Of a stretch of DNA of 64,000 nt, positions 1 through 12,600 are shown piece after piece. The notes beneath the pieces were generated by a model. The model was given only the letters and a program-made list of their open reading frames with translations. It was not told where the DNA came from and did not search any database. The DNA is from Pseudovirgaria hyperparasitica (lineage: Eukaryota). Both the position numbers and the translations under genes were made by a program. The first letter of the stretch is position 1. Each line of letters begins with the position of its first letter. The DNA is taken from assembly GCA_010093815.1 (NCBI GenBank), contig ML996583.1. One strand, written 5' to 3'.

Positions 1-76
1 ACCTCTTCGGGCGATTAAGCCTGAACACTTGTGCGGACCATATATTGATCATGGAAGATATTGACATCATAACTAG

Positions 77-792
77 GCGGGATCTCAAATTTCTTCTCTC
101 AGCTGATTGTCGGATTCGGCTACACACCTCAGCAATCTTTGCTCTATGGCACACCAGGCGGAGCAGTAGAAGTAGTTGCACTGATCGCCTGCGGCTATTT
201 TGGTGATAAGATTGGTAACCGAATCTTGCTCGGTTGCTCTGGACTGGTTTGTGCGCTTCTTGGTATGATTTTGATTGTAGCTCTGCCACTAGACAACAAC
301 TCAGGACGGCTGGCCGGATACTATCTGACTCAGGCGTCCCCGACGGCTTTCGTCGCTCTGCTGAGTCTCATCGCGTCCAATGTCGCAGGATACACCAAGA
401 AGACTACTGTAAGATATATCCTCCAGGATGATAATAGGCAGTAAATAACCATTAGAACAGGTTGCCGCTATGTACCTGGTAGCTTACTGCGTTGGTAATA
501 TCATTGGTAGGATACATGGCGCCTGGATCGATTCCAACCGATACTGACGACTGCGACAGGCCCTCAGACGTTCCGTCAAAGCGATGCGCCACGATACGTA
601 CCTGCAGAGATTACCATAATTGTATGTTGGGGATTATGTATCCTTGACATGGCATTCATCTGGTGGTACTGCAAGAAGCAAAACGCGAAGAAAGCAGCTA
701 TCCGGGCGCAACCAGAGTATATGAAGTTGGAAAATCAGGAGTTCCTCGATCTCACGGATCGTGAGAATCCAGATTTTGTGTATACCATATAG
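77..792 (+). CDS. MFS allantoate/ureidosuccinate permease family (Dal5-like), 3' portion; gene starts before the window
   Basis: Exons 77-408, 461-506, 560-792 (introns GTAAGA..AACAG 409-460 and GTAGGA..GACAG 507-559). Translation has family motifs GGISNFFSQLIVGFGYT, SNVAGYTKKTT, GNIIGPQTF and C-terminal FLDLTDRENPDFVY. Confidence 0.9.
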
Positions 793-1102
793 TTATAGTA
801 GCCCCTCATGCACCGTGGTCCTTAATCCGAAGCATCTTACCATATGACAACAAGTCTTTGTGGTTTTGCGAACCACATCACCACCTACAACCTCGTAAGT
901 GTATGTGTGTTGTGGCCCGAATCACAAATGCTGATTGACCCCGATAGCGAGGTTTGATACAGCCAGTGTGTCCGGCCTTCCATGTGCTGAGTGACTTTGT
1001 TCGTATGTCCTGGTCAGTAGGTTGTTCGACACACCGTGAGATGGCGCTGTGATGCCTCATTGGCATCATTTTCTAGTCTTGGACATGACCTAGTGCTAGC
1101 TT

Positions 1103-1987
1103 TCATCCCTCGACCTCGACCTCTACATCCTCTTTAGGCTCTCTTGGCTCCTGGGCTTCGTGGTACTGTATTGAGTCATCGATGTAGCTAAGGATCGCGC
1201 CGACGCTGTCTTCGTCTTGAACGTTGAGTTGTAGAAATGAAACCATGCTGAAATCATCGATGAGTTGAGCCACTGCTCGATTTAGTCTATCAAAGGAAGC
1301 TCCTGTCATGATATTGGTCGTGGCTGCAGGATCGTCAAACGACACCTCCGAGGCTTTTGATCTCTTTTTCGCAGCCTCCCCGTCATCTAGTAGGTTGACG
1401 TCTGGCGCCAGAAAGCGCTTAAGGTCTTTTCTCTTGATTGTTCCCTTGATAAGGTCCATCTTGCTGAGAATATTGACGTGGGGCATCTCTAACATGAGCA
1501 TGGCGCTCATAGCGGACAGCGTTCCAGAAAAGAATTTCGGCTTGTCAACTACGAATGTACTCTCGAGCAAATATGCCGCGCACATGTTTATATTCAGACT
1601 ACCGCGCATCAAGTGCTTGACCAGACTTGGTAGGACTGGCACATGGGTGTATAGCTCGATCTGGCCCGGCATATCTATTATGATGAGGTACTCTTCCGTG
1701 ACCTGTTCCAGCGGTATAGTAAGGAAGTCGAGATTCTCCAATAAGAATTCAAAGCAGTATATCAAGCCGCCGTTTGGACCCAGCGACATTTCTTCCATAA
1801 CATCGTCGAGAGATATAAGCTCTTTAATGTCAAGGTCTGGCTCGAAGGTGAATTCGGACGCGGCAGGATCTAGGTTGACGTAGAAGCATGATCGACGGTT
1901 CGCTCGCAGGTGTTCAATCAGGGCGGTGCAAAACGTTGTCTTGCCAGCACCGGCTGGGCCCATTACGACGACCCCGAACTTGCTCAT
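1103..1987 (-). CDS. GPN3: GPN-loop GTPase 3 (RNA polymerase biogenesis), 294 aa
   Basis: Starts MSKFGVVVMGPAGAGKTTFC (P-loop, GPN3-type N-terminus); also VNLDPA, LGPNGGL and DMPGQIELYTH. Single exon; likely ATG at 1987 rather than the ORF-track start. Confidence 0.92.
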   Translation of the reverse strand: MSKFGVVVMGPAGAGKTTFCTALIEHLRANRRSCFYVNLDPAASEFTFEPDLDIKELISLDDVMEEMSLGPNGGLIYCFEFLLENLDFLTIPLEQVTEEYLIIIDMPGQIELYTHVPVLPSLVKHLMRGSLNINMCAAYLLESTFVVDKPKFFSGTLSAMSAMLMLEMPHVNILSKMDLIKGTIKRKDLKRFLAPDVNLLDDGEAAKKRSKASEVSFDDPAATTNIMTGASFDRLNRAVAQLIDDFSMVSFLQLNVQDEDSVGAILSYIDDSIQYHEAQEPREPKEDVEVEVEG

Positions 1988-2271
1988 AGTGGACGGTGGG
2001 GAAAAGAGAGCGGTTAGTGGAAACTGTGAACCGGCGTACTGGAGATGCGCGTCGCGACGGAGACAACGGGTATGCAAGGTGTCAGTCAGGGTTGTAGCGT
2101 GGAGGATCGGCTCATGAAGGTGGGAGGCTCAGAATAGCAGCAAGACGGTCGCTGAGCGAATCTTGAGGGCTGGCGAATCTGTCTCGAAGAGGCTATGATA
2201 GGCAGAGAAAATACACCGACGGAATGACGCAGTAAGCTCCGGAGGGATATTCCGTTTGATAGTCACAGTGT

Positions 2272-2305
2272 GCCACAGCTAGCTTGGATTGAATTCATCA
2301 CGTGA
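2272..2305. promoter_or_regulatory. Candidate Cbf1-type E-box (TCACGTGA) and Met31/32-like core (CTGTGGC on the minus strand) in the GPN3/SAM synthetase divergent promoter
   Basis: GCCACAG at 2272-2278 and TCACGTGA at 2298-2305, upstream of a CT-rich 5' region of SAM synthetase. Confidence 0.4.
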
Positions 2306-2632
2306 GAAGCTGGAAGGTTGACGTGCTCGCTCGTGTTTGATTAGGGACCTTTTTTTTTTCTTTAGCGCCAGCGAGCAAATCGCTCCGACTGTCTGCCCCT
2401 CTCTCTCCGGTTCATGTTGCTCTACCGCCCGCATTTCGGCATCCGAACTTTGGCCAGGATCGCTCTCTACACCTCTTTTCCCCCCGATCACTCATACTTC
2501 TATCCAACACCCTCCTCTCCACCTCTTCTCTCCAGATACCCCAAAATACCCAAGCATACTGTCCACCTTCCTCTCATTTCCACATCCCTCTTTTAGTCCT
2601 TTCTTCTCCTTCACAATCCACACACCGCTATA

Positions 2633-4178
2633 ATGGCTGCTGTCAACGGAACTGCAAAGGTGCGATTAAAATTAAATTCTGGTCTTTCCACATCGCTCGC
2701 AACCTGTAGCGAAGCTGCATACACCCAATTGATCCAGGACTAACACAGAGCCATTATAGGAAACTTTCCTTTTCACATCTGAGTCTGTCGGTCGAGGCCA
2801 CCCCGATAAGATTGCGTACGAGATGACCCCGCGTCCAACAAGGTCGTTTTCTTTCATTATTCTGACTGTGCGTCTAGCGACCAAGTCTCGGACGCCGTTC
2901 TCGATGCCTGTCTTAAGGAGGACCCCCTGTCCAAGGTCGCCTGCGAGACTGCTACGAAAACCGGTATGATCATGGTCTTTGGTGAAATCACCACCAAGGC
3001 ACGCCTCGACTACCAGAAGGTTGGTGGTTTCGCGTCTTGAGTTTGCCCACTATACTAATGAGACCCAGATCATTCGTGCCGCGTACGCTTTAGACAAATT
3101 CTCAGACATTGAGCCACACTGACCAGAATAGCATCAAGGACATTGGCTACGACAGCTCTGACAAGGGTTTCGACTACAAGACTTGCAACGTTCTCGTCGC
3201 TATCGAGGAGCAGTCGCCGGTAAGTTACAGCGTTCATGATCCTAACGTATTTAAGAATACTGCTAACCCAGGAATTAGGATATTGCACAAGGCTTGCGTA
3301 AGCCCGAATCCAGCCATCATGTACCGACTAAGTTTTACTGACACAAATACTCAGACTACGAGGAGGCCCTAGAGAAGCTAGGTGCCGGTGACCAAGGTAT
3401 CATGTTTGGTTACGCTACCGACGAAACCCCTGAGCTCCTACCGTTGACTATCCAGCTCGCGCACGGTCTCAATGCAGCCATGACCGAAGCCCGCGAAAAC
3501 GGTTCCCTTCCATGGCTAAGACCTGACACCAAGACTCAAGTTACTGTCGAGTATGAGAAGGACAACGGTGGAGTCATTCCAAAGCGCGTCGACACCGTCG
3601 TTGTGTCTGCTCAGCACAGCGAAGACATTAGCACCGAGCAGCTCCGCAAGGAGATCAAGGAGAAGATTATCAAGAAGGTCATTCCCGCCAAGTACCTTGA
3701 TGACAACACCGTATACCACATCCAGCCCTCAGGCTTGTTCATCATTGGTGGTCCTCAGGGTGATGCTGGTCTGACTGGCCGCAAGATCATCGTTGACACC
3801 TACGGTGGATGGGGAGCCCACGGTGGTGGCGCCTTCTCCGGAAAGGATTACTCCAAGGTCGACCGTTCCGCTGCGTATCTAGCTCGTTGGATCGCCAAGT
3901 CGCTGGTTAACGCGAAGCTCGCTCGCCGTGCTCTCGTCCAGCTTTCTTACGCCATTGGTGTTGCGGAGCCTCTATCCATCTTCGTTGACTCTTACGGTAC
4001 TTCTGACAAGAGCTCCGCAGAGCTTGTCGAAATCATCCACAAGAACTTTGACCTTCGCCCTGGTGTCATTGTCAAGGACCTTAACCTCATCAACCCCATC
4101 TACAACCAGACCGCACAAAATGGACACTTCACCAACCAGTCTTTTACCTGGGAACAACCAAGAACTCTCAAGTTCTAG
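2633..4178 (+). CDS. SAM2: S-adenosylmethionine synthetase, 389 aa, 7 exons
   Basis: Exons 2633-2659, 2760-2815, 2878-3019, 3069-3082, 3132-3219, 3279-3297, 3355-4178 join in frame. Motifs [38 protein letters not shown] and GGGAFSGKD. Confidence 0.97.
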
Positions 4179-4972
4179 GTTGTTGCGTGTAGTAGCATGA
4201 GTGGGTGAATCAACTTCAACCCACACGGAGTTATATCGTCCCGTTAGACGACTGCATTATCTGATTGGCATTGCATGGCGAAGCAAATCTTCTTTCAACA
4301 ACAAGGCGTCACGCGGGGATATACCACAAATTTCAAAAAGTTTCGTTGTTTTCATACATGGGCACTTGAGAAAGGATGTGCTTTTCAACAATTATCTACG
4401 CCATTTCAACATAGATCGGCAATGGCCGTAGAGAAGGCGCACACTGTACAAGTGCGGCAACATGAACGTTGTACCTGAACACCGAACAACGTAGAGTATA
4501 CTAAGACTTTGGAAACTTACTGCTATCAATTTACTGTATTTAATTTGATCGAGCTCCAACCAATTCCTAGAGCTGCTTTGACTACACGTGCATGAGTGAA
4601 CGGCAGTCTCACAATAGAAGACAACGATGTTGACTTCATGTCTTTGCGGACCCCCGAGCGTTGGATTACATAAGATGAAGGCGCGGTAGTGGCCGGGGGG
4701 GCTATTTACCACTCCATAAATGGACTAAGAAAGGTTGCCGATCTGCAACGCGCATTTGAGGCCATAGTGTCAAAATCGCGAGCAGACAACCTGCCGAACA
4801 GACTACTTCCCACGCCCAAATTCTTCCGTATGTTCGCCACATTTTCCACGCCATTGAGATTTTCGATTCTGCTATCATGATCCTTCCACTTCTCCCCTCA
4901 TCGGTCTCATGAGTATAGAACTTACCTGACGACCTCCCCTCTACCACCCGAGTGATCTTGGCCAGACTCATC

Positions 4973-7900
4973 ATGGCCGAATTCTCCATGTACTCTGCCC
5001 TTACGCATGCAGGATCACCGCTGAACTCGCCACGGAACGAAGAACCTAAAAAGCAAGCACCTAAATGGAGACCACAAGTTGCTCCAAGCCCTAGTGGCTA
5101 TCAGCAGACAGGCTCATCATATGGACAGGCTGCGTCGGATCAGACACAAGAGCAAGGCTATTTCCCGACCCAACCTCCTCAAGCGCAGGCGATGCAGGCA
5201 CCAGCTGGACTACCTGGCCAGCAATTGCAAGACCCCATGGGTGGACTTGCACAGCAAATGGGCGGTATGGGAATAGGTGCAGATGTCCAGCCGAACATGC
5301 CAGCGGCGCGGAAAAAGAAGGACAGACACGCATATCATACACTGGATAGCGGAGCAGGAAGCTCGCAGGGTTTCAACGGTATCCCGCAAGGTGCTGGATC
5401 GCAATTCGTGCCTGCGCAGGGAGCACCAGGACCATTTGTTGGACAGCAGGCCGGTTCTGCGATGCCACAATTTTCAGCTGGAGCATCAAATTCAGGGATG
5501 CCACAAGCAATCGGTCATATCCAGCAGAGTCCCGCTCCGACTGGCGCCCCAGCATCAACAGCGTCAGGTCAAGTGGATCCAGAGCAAATACCTAGCATAC
5601 CTCGGTCAAGAGATGGCCCTGCTCAATATTACCTCGATCATGTGTATCCAACTATGGAACAGCACCTTCCACCTCCCTCCGCTGTACCTTTCGTTGCGTT
5701 CGATCAGGGCAATTCTTCCCCAAAGTTCGCCCGTCTCACCATGAACAATATCCCTGCCAATGGCGAGGCTTTAAATTCAACCCATCTACCGCTCGGTTTA
5801 ATACTCCAGCCCTTGGCACCCTTGCAAGAAGGCGAACAACCTATACCAGTTCTGGACTTTGGTGATACCGGACCGCCTCGGTGTCGAAGATGTAGAGCTT
5901 ACATCAACCCTTTCATGCCATTCCGCAATGGAGGCAATAAGTTCGTTTGCAACATGTGTACGTTTGCAAACGACGTTCCACCAGAATACTTCTCTCCGAC
6001 GGACCCATCTGGTGTTCGCGTTGACCGAATGCAAAGGCCTGAACTCAGTATGGGCACAGTAGAATACATTGTTCCAAAGGAGTACTGGACCAAGGAGCCA
6101 GTGGGACTGCGTTGGCTTTTCCTAATTGATGTGAGTGCAGAGGCTATCAATCGCGCCTTTCTCGACGGATTTTGTGACGGCATCTTGACTGCCCTGTACG
6201 GAGAGGATGGCCAGACCAGCGAGCAATCGGAAGGCAGAGGCGGGAGCCGGACATCACCTCCAGGGGCCAAGGTTGGCATTGTCACCTACGATAAAGAAAT
6301 ACACTTCTACAACTTGAGCTCCAGCCTGGAACAGGCTCAAATGTTGGTGATGCCGGATATCGAGGATCCTTTCGTGCCTCTGAGCGAGGGTCTCTTCGTA
6401 GACCCCATTGAGTCCAAAGCTAATATCACTTCTCTCCTGACCCGCCTACCCGATATGTTCGGCTCAATCAAGAATCCGGAGCCGGCGTTATTGCCGACGC
6501 TACATGCTGCAACGGCAGCACTGAAAGCTACCGGTGGTAAGATTATCTGCTCATTGGCATCGTTACCTACATGGGGCCCGGGCCGACTCCATCTTCGAGA
6601 CGATGGCAAGATGCTTGACACCGACGGAGAGAAGAAACTACTCACCACGGAGCATCCTGGGTTCAGACAAGTTGCGAAAAGTTTGGTTGAAGCTGGTATT
6701 GGCGTTGATTTCTTCCTGGCTGCTCCAAGCGGAGGCTACCTCGATATTGCGACTGTTGGCCATGTATCGGCATTTTCAGGTGGCGAGGCGTTCTATTACC
6801 CAAATTTCCATTCCCCTCGAGACTTACTGAAGCTCTCAAAGGAAATTACGCATACAGTGACTCGAGAGACTGGCTACCAGGCTCTGATGAAGGTTCGTTG
6901 CTCGAACGGCCTGCAAGTCTCGGCCTATCACGGCAATTTCTGGCATCACAACCTGGGAGCTGATCTGGAATTCGGAAGCATCGACGCAGATAAATCAGTA
7001 GGCGTCATGTTTAGCTATGATGGCAAGCTTGACCCAAAGCTGGATGCACACTTCCAGAGTGCTTTACTGTACACAACGGCTGGTGGACAACGACGCGTTC
7101 GCTGTACTAACTTGGTAGCTAGCGTGAGTGAGGGCGCTATTGAATCCATGAAATTTATCGACCAGGATGCTGTCGTCAATATCATCGCCAAGGAAGCTGC
7201 TGCCAGGATAGGCGAGAAAACACGTACAGATATACGCAAGGCGTTGACCGAAAAGACCATTGACATATTAGCCGGCTATAGGAAGAACTTCTCTGGGTCT
7301 CATCCTCCTGGACAATTGGTACTGCCTGAAAATCTGAAAGAGTTCAGCATGTATATACTCGGTCTGATCAAGTCGAGAGCATTCAAGAACGGGAAAGAGC
7401 CAACAGATCGCCGCGTCTTTGACGCGAGAATGATCAGGTCTATGGGTACACTGGAATTGTCTCTGTATCTTTACCCTCGGATCTATTCCATCCACAACCT
7501 CGACGAGAAAGACGGATTTCCCAACGAGAATGGCCACCTACGTATGCCCCAGGCTATACGAGCGTCCTATTCGAAGGTCGAGGAAGGCGGCGCCTACATT
7601 GTGGACAACGGACAGATCTGTCTGCTTTGGCTACACGCCCAGGTCTCTCCAAATCTACTAGAGGACTTGTATGGGGAAGGCCGAAACTCTCTTAAGGTCT
7701 TGGACGCATTTTCATCTTCCATACCGGTATTGGAGACACACTTGAACGCACAAGTGAGGAACATTCTACAGTACTTGGAAGGGTCCAGGGGCTCGAAAGC
7801 CATGACCATCCAGTTGGCTCGCCAGGGACTTGATGGTGCGGAATACGAGTTTGCTCGACTGTTGTACGAAGATCGAAATAATGAGGCACAAAGCTATGTC

Positions 7901-8063
7901 GATTGGCTCGTACATGTACATCGGCACATACAGTTGGAGGTAAGTAAAGGAGTCGAGAATTATGCCATTCCTGAACTAACGAACATAGCTTGCTGGCCAG
8001 CGCAAGAAGGAAGATGCTGGTGACGCCGGGTTCACCGGACTGAGGACACCGTATTGGAATTGA
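4973..8063 (+). CDS. Sec24-family COPII cargo adaptor (Sfb3/Lst1/Sec24C-like), 1013 aa
   Basis: Q/P-rich N-terminus, zinc finger RCRRCRAYINP..CNMC, trunk FLIDVS and VRCSNGL. Intron 7940-7988 (GTAAGT..CTAAC..TAG) gives the last exon LAGQRKKED..TPYWN*. Confidence 0.93.
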
Positions 8064-8444
8064 TTTGGCTACCTTAATCATTATGCGAACATGAGCCCAC
8101 GGCTACCGAATCAGATGATTATGCGTATATGGGTCCGTTTTTGTGGGTTCTGTAGAAGATGGAGCATCCCCTCACACCGTCCATAGCATGCATAGTTTTA
8201 TATATGACTGTATCCATATTGAAGATGATCAACCAACGTAGCATGCTGCCTTGTGTTTGATCAAAGGCAATATTAGAGTACTGCTACAGGATAAGTCTTA
8301 TTGATACAGATCTGATCACGTGAGTATATTGTACTTTGGTGCTTAGTCACGTTTTCGCACTAGTTTAAGCGAGGCTCGAGATTATCGCGCACACGAACAT
8401 CTAGTATTGCATCGTCAAACTAACCAACAGCATCACATCCCAAA

Positions 8445-9125
<681 letters not shown>

Positions 9126-9699
9126 GCATCAGTATGTAATGGTCAAAAGGTGCAGAGAGACATGGGCATGAACAAGGATGGACACAAAAATACCCAAGGA
9201 GGGTCGAAAAGGAGGAAGTCCGTAGGGCCCATTCTGGCTCTTTCAGCGTGGTGGCTGAGGAATGCGAAGTACTCCTACTGCAACTGCAACGTAGTCGAAT
9301 ACACATTCCTGAACAAACCTTTCTTGGACTCCTGAAAGCGATGGCACAGTCGGTGCATGCGCATGGCAGAATGTTGCCTCGGGCACCGTTCTTGTGTGCT
9401 GGGCCATTTGGACTGTCTGCCGTTGTGCCTTCTCCGGGCGGCGCAGCATCCAACGCTGTGCCTTGGAGGTCTGTCTAGCGGTACTGGCCGTCGTACGTAT
9501 GCCATCCAGCGGCATCGCCGACGCCAGTATTTGTGACAACATAACTATGTGGTGTGATTTTGCCATGTGAAACGAATATCGTAGAAAACTAACCAGCACT
9601 CTTTGGTGCGCCGCCCATGACCAAAATCGTACGACATAAGATTGTTTACTTATCATTCACTAACCTAAGCCGATCGCCTACCCGTCGATTTACTTGTCA

Positions 9700-12600
9700 G
9701 ATTCTCCTGTCTAGTCCTGTCTCGTCCCGCCCTGTCAGCTTACCTGTCACACTCCATTCATCCATCCATCCATCCACACATAACACTGCCGAAGCAAACA
9801 AAGCACGGAACCGTCCATGCGCCCCGGCCGCCGCCGCCGCCGCCACCTATTTTAGCATCGCAGCCCGACCCAAGAATCTGTTCAATCTATCCCCCCCTCT
9901 CAATCTCCCCCCCTTCTCCATTTATCTATCTATATATATACTAATTATAAACAAAATATAAAATCTATTCAATCTGATACAAGCATTGACTATCAAAACG
10001 TGGTACGCTAAAAGAATGACATTTTGCCGCTCCACACACCCCATCCCCACTTCCACTAATTGGGTGTTTTTTTGGGGGGGTTGTTTGGGTAGGGGAGGGG
10101 AGGGGGGGTTTGGGAGGTCGTTTAGCATGCAATTTGTGTGAGATGAAATTGAGGGAGGAGGAGGGGAGGGAGGGGGTTTGGATGGTGGTTGCGCTTGTCG
10201 GGCTGTTTAGACTGTCAGGCTGTTAGTACGTACTTTGTCAGGTTGTTAGGCTGTTCGTGTGGACTTGTCAGTGTACTTTGTCAATGCATAGAGTACTTTG
10301 TCAGTGCACACTTGTCAGGTTGTCAGGCTGTCAGCGCACTTGTCAGTGACTGCATGTCAGTCTGTCTGTCATTAGTCTTTCGGGACGCGGGCGCTCCGTT
10401 GGGTGAATTGGGGAGGCTAGGGAGGTAGGTATGGTAGGGTAGGGTAGGGTAGGGTAGGTATGGTTCTAGGACTAGTTGATTAGTTTTTGTTTTCGGTCTT
10501 GTTTGATTGATTGTATGTGTGTGTGCGTGTGTATGTGCGTATGTGCGTGTGTGTGTGTGTTTGAGTGTTTGTACCTGGATGTGGATCTAGATGACATGGA
10601 CTACATGAATAACATGGATAGGATAGCGCAGGCAGCATAGCATAGCTTAGGTTACGTACCAGTCTATCTAGCATCTAAATCGTGCTGTCTCACTTCTTTC
10701 AATGGTGCATGTTCTATTGTATAGTAACGTTTTCATTTATTGCTTGAGTGACTCCGTGACTTGGCGTTTGATTCATGTATTTCCGTGTTCATCCGTCCTT
10801 TCATGCAATAAGGAGGACGCGTAGACGTGAGATGAGGAGATGGAAGTCTGTAGGCTGACGTGGTCGGACTTGACTCGGTGTGTGGTGTGTGGTGTGTGGT
10901 GTGACTTTGGGATATATTATGTTATAGTGTGTATTATGTTATAGTGTGTTGTGTTATAGTGTGTTGTGTTATAATGTATTATGACATAGTGTGTTGTGTT
11001 ATGATATATAATGTTATGCTATACTATAGCGTATTGTGTTGTGCTATATTATGCTATATTATGCTATATTATGATCTATTGTGTTATACTATAGTGTATT
11101 ATGTGTTACACTATATTATGCTATACTGTTAGATATTATAGTATATTATGTTATACTATACTGTGTTGTGTTATACTATCTTGTGGTATGATATATTGTG
11201 TTATGTTATGATATATTGTGTTATATTATGCTATGTGACACTACATCATACTACTGGATAACATACTATATTGCTCGATATTATATGTATACCTATACAG
11301 ACACGTATGCATATACATACGTATACAAACACATCCACAAACATCCACATACACACACCATGCACCCACCTATACCCACCCACACACGTTCATCAATATT
11401 CCACTCATCCCATCCCATCCATACTATCAACCCAGACCCAACCCAGCCCAAACCCATCCAAGCAAGCCTATGAACCCAGCCCAAAACCATCCTTACTACT
11501 TTACTACTTTTTCCTTTTCCCCCTTCGCGCTTATAATCTACCTACCTACCTACCTACCTACCATCGACGTTACATCACAGCCAAAAAAAAACTCAACAAA
11601 AACAGCTTTCTAGGATGTCGTATGCATGCATGCATGTAGACGTGCTACATATGTGGGGTATATAATATGGGTATATGCATGTCATGCATACATGTATGTA
11701 CGTATGCTCCGCATGCATCCAAGTGCTTTGCAAAAAAAAAGAAAACGAAAAGCAAAAAACAAAACCAAAAAAAAAGAAAAAAAAGGAAAAAGGGAAATAA
11801 AGAAGAAGGGAAATAAAGAGAAAAATCAGGGGGAAATACGAGATGAAGAAACAGGATTTAGAGAAATGCGAGAAATGAAAAAAAAATTCAGGGGAGAAAT
11901 AAGATAGATAGAGAGCAAGGAAACGTGTAGTAAAACCCCCTGCCTGGAGTGGGAAGAAGGAAAAAAGTTGGGAGGTAGAGATGTAGTAGGGAGAAAGAAT
12001 GTGTGTGTGGAGACGACTTGGACTGAAAGGTTTGCGAGGTATGCGAGGTATGGGTTCTTGCATACACAGATGCATATTATGTACATAGATGCGTACATGC
12101 GTATTATGTGGATATGCGTAGTATGCGTACTATATACCCACATACACGCATACACGCATACAGTCCACCCGTCCACAGCAACGTCGTATCATCGAGTCAC
12201 CAAGTCAAGTCACCAAGCCATCAAGCCAACAGCCATCAAGTCACCAAGTCACCAAGTCATCAAGTCATCAAGTCATAGTCATCAAGTCACCAAGTCACCA
12301 AGCCAACACCCATCATCCATCCACACATATCATAGCATCATCCATCCATCCATCCATCCGTCCACACACACACACCCAACACCCATCCACGCCGATTCAC
12401 ATCGTAGATACACGAGCGTCGAGATCGAGGGGAGGGGTGCTTATTAGCGCGTTTATATCTAGTTTCGTCTGAGTAGGCTGGGTAAGCTGGGTAAGCTGGG
12501 TTGTGTTTGGTTAATTATGTGTGTGATTGTGTTTATGAACTTGATCGGTGTGCTGTATGTAGGATAGGTAAGTCAGGACAGGGTAGGGTAAGGTAGGGTA

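Noticed and set aside
2787..2810. SVGRGHPDK instead of the common SVGEGHPDK in SAM synthetase
   Set aside because: The GHPDK core is intact and this position may vary among fungi; not supportable as unusual without an alignment.
9659..9669. CTAACCTAA as a telomerase RNA template, with the 9.2-13.8 kb region as an expanded telomerase RNA
   Set aside because: It is one C short of the TAACCCTAA template expected for TTAGGG and also matches a plain branch-point motif. I found no convincing pseudoknot, P6.1, Sm site or terminal 5' splice site.
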